NCBI GenBank assembly: GCA_963702895.1 | Contig: OY969767.1 | Span: forward strand, 1,386,506-1,450,505 | From: an uncultured Elusimicrobia bacterium | Lineage (GTDB): Bacteria; Elusimicrobiota; Elusimicrobia; 2-01-FULL-59-12 | Direction of reading: 5' to 3' | Length of the DNA: 64,000 bases | Made by a program: the position numbers and the translations under genes | Part shown: piece by piece, positions 30,247-39,800 of the stretch | How the letters are laid out: each line of letters starts with the position of its first letter | How positions within the stretch are numbered: the stretch's first letter is position 1 | The notes under the pieces: generated by a model | What the model was told of the DNA's origin: nothing | The model's input: the letters and a program-made list of their open reading frames with translations, nothing else | Database searches by the model: none

Positions 30247-30606
30247 ATGCGGTTTCTGGCTGATATGTGCGTCTCCCTGGAAGTCGTCGAGTGGCTCCGA
30301 CAGCAACAGCATGACACCAAGCATCTCCGAGAGGAAAACCTTCACAGGCTGCCGAATGGAGACATCTTCAAGAAGGCGGCCGCAGAAAATAGGATCCTCC
30401 TCACCTTTGATTTGGACTTCGGAGAAATCGTAGCGCTGGCGAAAGGAAACCAAACGGGCGTTATTTTGTTCAGGCTCTACGACACGCGGCCCGTGCATGT
30501 GATCGAACGCCTAAAGGTCCTCCTAGCTGATGCTCCTCCCGCCCTCAACAACAGCATCATTACTGTTGAAGAAACCCGCTACCGAATCCGCCATTTCCCC
30601 ACTTGA
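30247..30606 (+). CDS. DUF5615 (PIN-like) toxin (second copy)
   Basis: 119-aa ORF starting 10 nt after the DUF433 gene. Paralogous to 8980-9318. Confidence 0.7.
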   Translation: MRFLADMCVSLEVVEWLRQQQHDTKHLREENLHRLPNGDIFKKAAAENRILLTFDLDFGEIVALAKGNQTGVILFRLYDTRPVHVIERLKVLLADAPPALNNSIITVEETRYRIRHFPT

Positions 30607-30676
30607 CATCGCACCCCATAGCCCAAGCCAGTCGCATCGCCTGAACAGCGCTATTCCAGACTATTCCGCAGTCTAT

Positions 30677-30702
30677 TGAAGAATAGTCATGACTATTCTT
30701 CA
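30677..30702. promoter_or_regulatory. Operator-like perfect palindrome TGAAGAATAGTCA|TGACTATTCTTCA with additional ACTATTC half-sites upstream (30651-30676)
   Basis: Seen in sequence ~150 bp upstream of the giant gene 3 start, in a locally low-GC stretch. Confidence 0.4.
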
Positions 30703-30850
30703 GTGTTCCTCGCGGTCAATAAACGGCCCAACCAAAACCATGGGCCCTTTGGCCCGAAATTAATGGCCGTTCGCACCATTTATCCCCTTCTCAAAACGCT
30801 TTAGAATCAAGTGATGGCTCGAACGCGCGCCCGCGCGGGTTCGAGCGCCT

Positions 30851-33800
30851 ATGCCCAAATCGCTGATCCGCATCGTCGCGCTGATACTCGTCCCGTGCAT
30901 GCTCCTGGATCCGAGCTCCGCGTTCGCGGAGCTCGCCCGCCCCGCTGCGTGGCGGGCGCCATTCCCTGCAGGCGTTTCCCTTGCATCCCCACAGGCGACT
31001 CATGCCGCATTACGACTGGACTCTTTTCCGTTCGGTATCCAAGCCCTGGTTCCACCCAGCTGGCTGAGCCGTCCGATATCCTGGATCCAAAGAGCGAGTG
31101 AGCTGGCCCGCCAAGCAAGCAGGAATCGGTTCCAGGTGCGATGGACGTCTCTAGCAGGATCTCCATTCAGTTTCCCTGTTCTGGGTACGGACGAGCGACC
31201 CATTCGCCCGGTTCAATTCAGCGTATCCCAGAATGAGATCGGCGGCGGGCAGGACGGTACGGGCCAGATCGTAACGACACCAAGCGGCTCTCGCTTCCAG
31301 GTGTTCGACACCCCGCAAACCATGGCCGCCGCCCAGGCCGGTGAAATCGCGGAAATCATCCATGCCAATGATGCCGCCGGCCGGATCACCATCCTGATCC
31401 TGCCAACGGGCTCGACGCCAATCCCTGTCTACCACGAACTGGTCCGCCTGTACCAGGCGCGGCAGCTTTCCTTCCGAAACGTTCATACGTTTAACATGGA
31501 TGAATACTACCCCGGACCGCAGGCTCCCTGCGCTTGGGCTCAGCACCCACAAAGCTACCGCCGATTTATGGATGAGCTCTTATTCTCAAAAGTGGACATC
31601 CCTCGGGCAAATATTCATTTTCTTAACGGCCAGGCCGCCGACCCGGCAGCAGAGGCCGCTCGCTATGAACAGGAGTTTCGGGATCTCGCTCCAAACGGCG
31701 CCGACCTGGAGTTGGGTGGTGTGGGAAGCCGGGGGCATGTGGCCTTCAACGAAGCGGTGGTTCACCTAACGGATGACTTTCTCCAGCGCCTCACGAGCAA
31801 GAATCGGGAAGCGCTAGGTCTGTCCAATGATTTCGCCTTAGAAGTAACGGCCGGCCACGAACTTGCTGCTTTGGCGATGATTCTACAAGGTCACTGGAAT
31901 TTCCGGGAAGGCGAGACTTTCGTCCGCTGGCTTCGAGCAAGGATCAAGACGACGGGTCGCATCACGGAGGAAAGCCTCCAGAAATTGGCGGAAAGGCTTC
32001 GCCGCCAGCGCGTCACCATTGGCTGGAATCCCGATTCCCCTGATGCCAAGGACATCCAGGATTTCGTCAATCAAGCCAGTGCAAGATTCGGCTTTCCGAT
32101 TGAACTGGCCGACCTCAGAAAACTTGATGATTCCCAGACACACCTACGGGAACTGGCTTTATCCACCGTGGTCGACAATTCCGTTCACTTCGCTGAGCCC
32201 GCCGACATTCCCACCCAGGCTCTCACGATGGGCCTGGGAACGCTGAGGCATTCGCAGCGGACCCGCATTCTCGCTTCGACACCCAACAAAATCCCGCCGC
32301 TGGAACAGGTTGCCGCCGGCCCTGTGTCTGAGCAAGTCCCTGTCACCGATGTCCTGCGCCATCCCGACACCCGGTTCCTGGTGACCCAGGCGGCCATCCC
32401 GCCCACGGTGCGCACTGCCCTTGCAAGAACATCGGGTTTGGTATTGAACTCCCAACCCGAAACTCGAAACCCGAAAGCCGAATCCGGGACCCCTGCAGCG
32501 CGCGACACCAAGCTTTACACTCATCCCATCGCTGTTATGGCTCTCGCCTGGATGGCAAGTTCCCACTTTTATAGCTGGGACCCGGCCGGGACAGGCCTCC
32601 TTCTACTTCTGACAATCGCACCTTTAATGGCTTGGCAAGGAAGGATCTTCCGCGGCAAATCCGGCATGAATACGTTCCGGAGACTCGATGCATTGCTGAG
32701 GCATTTGAGGGGTCTTAGTTATGCTCGCTGTCGTGAACTCTTAGCAACCGGTCTCGACCGGTTCGTGCCGCCGCGCCGGAAACATAGACAGCGGGAGTTC
32801 CCGGCAATCGCCCTCCCCGCCGCCGCGCCAGGAAATCCGTTCCAATTGCGCCCCCCCACCGCCGTAGAGCTGGCGTTCCCCAGTCGGTATGAGAGCGCCG
32901 TTCACGCTAAGTTTGTGGGGAACGACCCCTACGATGATCGAACCAGAGCCATAGTCCAGGCCCACGCCACCGCGGCGTATGTGGACTTGATGAGAGAAAT
33001 TTTCAAACGGACAGGCGGGACCTTGCGCGGAGTTTCGTTTCTTGAACTGGGCGCCGGGCTCGGTGCCATAGTGGACGTTCTGCGAACAAGAGCGGGTGTC
33101 GATGCTCAAGGCATCGAGGTCCGCCGGGAGTTTGTTCAATTCGCTAGGGATCATGGGGTGCCGCTTATTCAAGGGACACTGCTGGAAGTGCCCCTTGAAC
33201 TGGCGGGAAAAACGTTCCAGATCACCTTTTCCAGGCAACTGCTGGATGCTATAGAGACGACTGATCGGGCCACCGAGGGCCCCATGCCCTCCCAAGTGAC
33301 CCATGAAGAAGAACTCCGCGTCTTGGCCACGATCGCGGCGCTGACCGCCCCCGGAGGATGGAGCATCCATCAAACATATAGCTCCAACCCTATTCCCTTT
33401 ACTGATGAAGAACTGACGCAGGCCGGGTTTCAGATTGTGTCGATGAACCCAAGGCGAACGATGATGGTGCTTCGCCGGTTGTCCGATCCGCCGCCTTCGA
33501 GCCCGGTACGGAGGCCTGAGGCCGCAGAAGAAACAATTAAACCTGAAGGAAAGAAGGGCCCCAGCCTTTACACTCATCCCATCGCTCTTATGGCTCTCGC
33601 CTGGATGGCAAGTTCCCACTTTTATGGCTGGGACCCGGCCGGGATTTTGCCGCTGCTCCTCTTGCTTGTGCCGCTGATGGCCTGGGGTCCGGGTCGTTAT
33701 CGGCAATGGATGACCTCCCTTTCCGGGAGAGGGCCAAGATACAAGGCGAAGCAATGGGAACGGAAATTGGATGAAGATCTGAGGCGCCTGAGAGGAAAGG

Positions 33801-36800
33801 GAAGTAAAGCCGGAACCTTGCCATTTGAACTTTATCCCGGTGCCGATGCAGGGGCTCGGAAGCCTGCATCCCCTCGCCCGGCCCGGCCGGCCACCCAGCT
33901 GCCCGAAGCGGTCCCGGTCTCTGACCCCTCGGTGTCGCTCGACCTCGCCCCGGCTGCCGCGGTTTCCCTGGCACCGGCTGCCGCGACCGCCGTCTCGCCG
34001 CCTAGCCCTATCGCCGATTCGCCGCCTCCATCCACCGATGGCTCGCCGACCCGCCGGCCCGCCGACCCGCCGACTCGCCGCGTCGCCGCATTGGACGTCG
34101 ACCCCGCCGCGCCGGCGACAAGCCCGTTCCGGCCGTGGCGGTGGATCGCCGCCGGCATCGCAGTCGCCGCGGTCGTTGCCGCCCTGCATTTCGGCCCGAC
34201 AACGTTCAGACAATTCCGGGACGGGTCTTCAACGCCGCGCCCGTCGTCGTCCGCGAGTCAGGACTACGTCTATGAGCCCGGGCCGGCGTCCGAAACCACA
34301 CACGACCGCGTCCGTACCATGATGGGACCGTACTACGGCATGGATCTTCAGGGACATCGGGCGGAATCCGGAGAACCCCGGGCCGATGCGGGAGCTCCCT
34401 CGCAGCCCCCCGCGCTGAACCCATTGGAGAACATTGCAGACATACAGCTGAGCGGTCATGCCGCGAATGAAATGCTGATGATGGCATTCGCGAACACGAT
34501 GGAAGACGGCGGCGTTTTATCCCACGCGGGACGAATTGACTTCGTGCCCTCGGATAAACTCACGAAAGAACGCACCAAAGTCACGCTGATTTTGCCCGCA
34601 TTGCGCCAGGGCCAGGCGATGCGCATGCCCATTCCCCTCAACCGCCGGGTCGATCCCCTGAGCATCTCGGACCCACGCCTCTGGGTTGACGCCCAGGGCT
34701 GGCTCACGGCCCGGGAGGATACCCCCCCGCTCACCGTGACCTTTGATTGGATCACGACCTTGGAAAACGGCTCCTTCCGGGCGAACTTCCCCGTGACACC
34801 CTGGATGGAGCGGGAATTCCAAGATATTCCGCCGGAGGTTCGAAGGGACCTTGACCGCGCTCTAGGGCTCGATGAACATGGACGCGCGAGCGTCCTGGCC
34901 GGCGTGGTTGAGAAATACCTCGGCTACAACCAGCAACAGAGAGTTCAACTTCGTCGGGGGACGTGGAATCGTTTCATTGGAGAAGTTCTTGAGACGGAAG
35001 GGCGGTTTAAGGGCGATTGCGACGTCTTGGCCACCGTCGGTTGGATCTGGGCCAGGTATCTTGGACTTGATGCTGTCATGGCAGCCGGCCGGAACAACAG
35101 GGGCGGGGGCTCACGGTCCGGAACGAACATGTCCCACGCCGTCATGGTCATCCGGATCGGCGGCAAGTGGCTCGAATTCGACCCTTCCAAATGGGCGCCG
35201 CCCGTCGCCAGTGAAAGTCTTGCGCCTGACCAGCCCTCCGCCGACGGGAAACGGCTGGATGCCGGTCCCATGCCGACACCGCTCAAGCCCTCACCCCAGT
35301 TTGTCGCTACCTTTATCCCGAACCCCGAGCTTTTCCCGCCACCTCGAACGGGACCACCCGCCAGTGCAAAGCCTACCGCGGAGCGACCCGTTCCGCCCGG
35401 CGTGGGTCAGGAATCACCGAAGACCGAACCCGGCGCCAAAGTGGGGCCTGCCGAGAAGCCCGCGAGCGCCAAGAAACCCGCGAGCACCGAAACCCCCGCC
35501 AAGCGGCCCAGCACCTACCGCGTTCAGCCCGGCCAGAGTTTCAACGATATCGCGCGCTTGATATTCACGGATGAGAAATATCCCTACCCGGCGGCCTTGG
35601 ATCTGATCGTGGACAACATCAACCACACGATCGGCGGCGACCCCGACCGCCTGATGGCAGGAGTCGACCTCATCGTACGGCCTACGAGCGCGTATTCTAG
35701 TCCTGTAGCAGGGATGGATTGGGAATGGGGCCTCCATCGAAAATATGGACGGGCCTGGTATGAGCGGCGCCATGCCTTGCTGCAGCAGGCGCTGACCCGG
35801 GAAAGTCAACGCCCGTCACCCTATACTTCGGAATACCAATCGGAACTGCGGGCGCGCGCGGGCGCCCGGTGGCGCTCGATCGAATTCGACATCCTTGCCA
35901 TCAACGACATCCTGAATTGGATCGAACAACGCTTCGGGGTCAGATTCCAACGAGTTGACCTTATGCAGGCGATGGCTCAAACCATGGAGCGCAGTCAAAT
36001 CATCTTGAAGCTGACGTCAACCGGCCGTTCAAAATCCGGAACGACCGCCGCCCCGAAGCAGACGGCCGACGGGGAATCGGCGAAACGGAGAAGCGGTGAA
36101 CCGGCGGACTTGCCTCTGGGCCATTCCACGAAAACAAGTCCGGACGACCGACTCATCGCTCCGAAGAGCATCACTCCCCTCATGGCAGGCCTGCTCCAGG
36201 CTCCGCTGTGGTGGTGGGGGCTGAGCCACCTGCTGGGCGGGCCGCAGACACCGCTCCTGACCCAGGCCGCCTTCCTGGCCCTTCCGGCCATCCCGCTCGG
36301 CGCCGCCCTGGCCCTGTTCGCGGCGGGGGTCGTGGTGGCGGGGATGGCGGTTTTGGGGAGAAAGGTTCTGAAGCAAACCAGACCCGAGCGCATTGAAATA
36401 CAACTGACCCCAATGGACAGACCCTATCAATTGGATCTCGTCAAGTCAGGTGGCAGCCATTCCCGGGGAGATTTGATTCGTCTCGATTTGGAGGAAATGC
36501 GGCTCGAAGCGCACAAGACCGGCGTACCCGGCCGTATGGCTGTTCGTCGAGTCTACCTCGAAGAGCTTGGACACGCTGTTGACGCGCGCCGCTTCGTCAG
36601 AGAAGGGCGGCCTCTTAGCGGCTTTGTAAGACCCAACTCACCTTTACAGACGTATTGGGACCACCACAATCCCAAAGACCCTGAGCATGACATGAAGGAG
36701 CTAGTGGCGGGTCTCAGGCACATCCTGTTTGCGCAAACCCCCTTTGAGGCGGAAAGAGCCCTCATAAAATTATCGCAGGTAGCCAATGATCCGACCGACA

Positions 36801-39800
36801 GCCACTATTGGGGCGGACGCTTCGCCCTTGAGAGGATTCTCCAACGCATCGACGCAGGGCGAGGCGAGAGGGTGGATGATCTGACAAACTATTTGCCACG
36901 CCTCATCTATGGGTCAGGGGCGTTCCCGGACCTGCCTACGCTGCGTTTACTGGCGAAAGAATTATGTATCGAAAACCTGCGGGACTATCCGCCTGACGGA
37001 GACGGTCTCCCTGCGCTGAGCGCGGATGGGTCCCGGATCGACGTTCCGGATGAGACCCAACAAGCTTTGGCAACGGTGTGGCGCGCATTCGAGACTTACA
37101 CGGGAAAATCATTGGCCGATGACGCGGTCCCCACGCCGGAACATGTCCGACATTCACAAGCGGCGAGGAGCGGGCTGCCTGGGTTTGACCGAACGGGCCA
37201 TTCTATTCATGACCCTGGTCTTGCGCAAGGGAGAAAGATGGTTGGTATGGTCATCGCCGGCCTGCTCCAGGCTCCGCTGTGGTGGTGGGGGCTGAGCCAC
37301 CTGCTGGGCGGGCCGCAGACACCGCTCCTGACCCAGGCCGCGTTCCTGACGATGCCGGCCATCCCGCTCGGCGACGCCCTGATCAGCTTCGCCGTGGGCG
37401 CGGCGTGGATCGTGGTGGCGGGGATGGCGGTTTTCGGGTCAGGGGCGCCCGCTCCGGGGCAGGAAGGGGTTTCCGGTCCTGTCTCGCCGGGACCGTCTTC
37501 CAATACCGCGGCCGCCGTCCGGAGGTCCTTCGAAGCGCAGGCTCGAGTACTGGCCGGTATCCCCACCGTGACCGAATTTGAAGCTAATTTCCCAGGCACG
37601 ATACGTCGCGTCGATCTTGGACCAGGCTATTCGAATTCGTTACGAGCCGGAGAAGTTCCTAAGATCGATTTCACGCGTCGAATACAGGGAAGAGTCTACC
37701 AGCCACCACCGGCGTCGGAAAACGATTGGCCGAAATGGCTGGACCTGTACGTCGAAAAAGACGCCCAGGCGCTTGTCGTGAGGCTGATGAGAGCGGGCTT
37801 TCGCCCCGATTATTCCAACGCTTACGGAGATGGCCTGAAAGGAGTGTGGTGGACCCGAACCAGCCACCATACTGACACCGTCGGTTCCAACGCAACAAAT
37901 ACGTTCTTTACTCCATTGACAGAGGAGGATTATCTCGCGCCGGACCAAGGCGAACATCCGGGCGAGACTCCTAACGACCCAGGAGCGCCTGTTACACCAA
38001 CAGAACCTCCCTTGAATTGGATCGAAAAGAATGACGCAGCCCTCGAGCAACTGAGTCCCATCGACCGTCAGCTTGTCGATGCCATTCTCCAAGGCGCCTT
38101 ACACGGCGATGCTGAACTGCTTGCCCAGTACCCAGAAAAAGTTTATATCGATCCTATTGAAGTTGGACGCTCGGATGAAGGCCGAACAATCTTTCTCAAG
38201 CTTGAAACGAGCATCCTAGTAGAAGGCCGCTACCTCACACACCTGCGATTCAAAGGCGCTCGCCCCCATAAAGGGCGCTACGGGCAGGGGAACCAAGTCG
38301 CCTATCTCGGACGTCGGGGCCATGTCGAGCGGCCTGTAACGGTCGATCAGGAAGGGCGATTGACGGTTTTTGCCGGTCAACTTGACCCCATGGGAGGTAT
38401 GCGCCGTATCGGGGCTGCCAACGAATACGCTTTGATGCAAAGCGAAAACAGCCAAGGCGCCTATCGCACGGACGTGCCGATCGGCTGGGGCATCTTCCCT
38501 GGATTTGCATTTGAAAACGAACCTCTGGGCTGGGCGATCGCAGGGATGGAAGGGCCCGACGTTCGAATAAACGGGCGTCGTCAGAATCAGCTGATCCTCC
38601 GGTCGCGCACGAACGACCCTTATGGGATGATTGAACTGTCTCAGGAACAGTCGCAACACCTCGCCAGGCTCATCGGTGAGAGCATCTGCGCTTATCATCA
38701 AAAAGGCCGTTATCACCGCTACCCCCATTTTGGAAATATCGGCGTGGCCTACGATACTGTCACCCGTTCCATCCGTTCTGTTGTTCTGCGGGATTTGGAG
38801 ACCTCCGTCCGGAAAGACAGCCTGAGCGGATCTCCGAAAGAAATTGAGAACCAAATCATTGCTTGGCGTTTCCGGGATGTGATTCGGTTGATCTATCAGT
38901 TCTCCTTCAGACCACGGCCCAATGACCCGCTCATCGGCGCCCTCTTGCGCGGATACTTCCCGGAAGGGACTCTAAGAAATGATGATCTTCAGGCCCTGCT
39001 TGTGACCATTTGCCGTCCCAACTTTCTCGATGATTACGCATCCTTATTCTACGACGATGAGACGCAAGATCTCTCGAATTTGATCGACACTCTCGACATC
39101 CAATCTCATCCTAATTATCAGCATCTTTGGAACGCGATCAGACAATCCATGGCGAGCCAGCCCGCCACTCCTGAAGGGAATGACGGTTCGGCGACTCAAG
39201 AACATCCGGGTCGCATTGATCCGACGGGCTTGCGCCGCGTGCTCCCGGCAATCGCCCTCCTGGCCGCTCTTCCCTGGACCTACGGCTTCACTTCGATCAG
39301 CGGCTCTCCCGGATCCGGCGCCGCGATCCCGCTCGGCGCCGCCCTGGCCCTGTTCGCGGCGGGGATCGCGGTCCTGATCTCAGGGAATTCCCCTCGAAAA
39401 CGCAAAATACTAACTAAGGCGGCGAGCCATAAGGCAGGAAGGCAAAAGCCGGTGAGTGGCGATGCACCGGGTCCTTCGCGTCACGTTTACCCTGACCCCG
39501 TCGTCATGGAGAAAAGTCGTTACGATCTTCCAAAGAGTTTGAAGTCCTGGTCTTGGCTCGCTCGCAACAAGGACCAACGTCAATGGCTGCGGGACGTATT
39601 CCTGCCGAGACTCTTGGCGACTCAAAACCTCCGCGCTCCAGGACAAATCAAGGTCGTAGACCTTGGCGTAAGCACCGGAGAAGTCCTCGCCCGAACTTAC
39701 TATGAGATTTTCCAGCATCTCATAGAAAACACCTTGAAGGGAACATGGAAGGCCAGGATGGTAGGTGTTGATAGGGATGCGACCGTGCTGGCGGAAGCCC

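Noticed and set aside
29923-30498. 191-aa minus-strand ORF between giants 2 and 3
   Set aside because: It is antisense to the well-conserved DUF433/DUF5615 TA pair. The TA reading frames carry the family motifs.
32741-34213. 490-aa antisense ORF inside giant 3 (and many other 60-300-aa ORFs inside the three giants on both strands)
   Set aside because: High-GC antisense open frames. They are Arg/Gly/Pro-rich and low-complexity. They are fully contained in long sense ORFs with recognisable domains.
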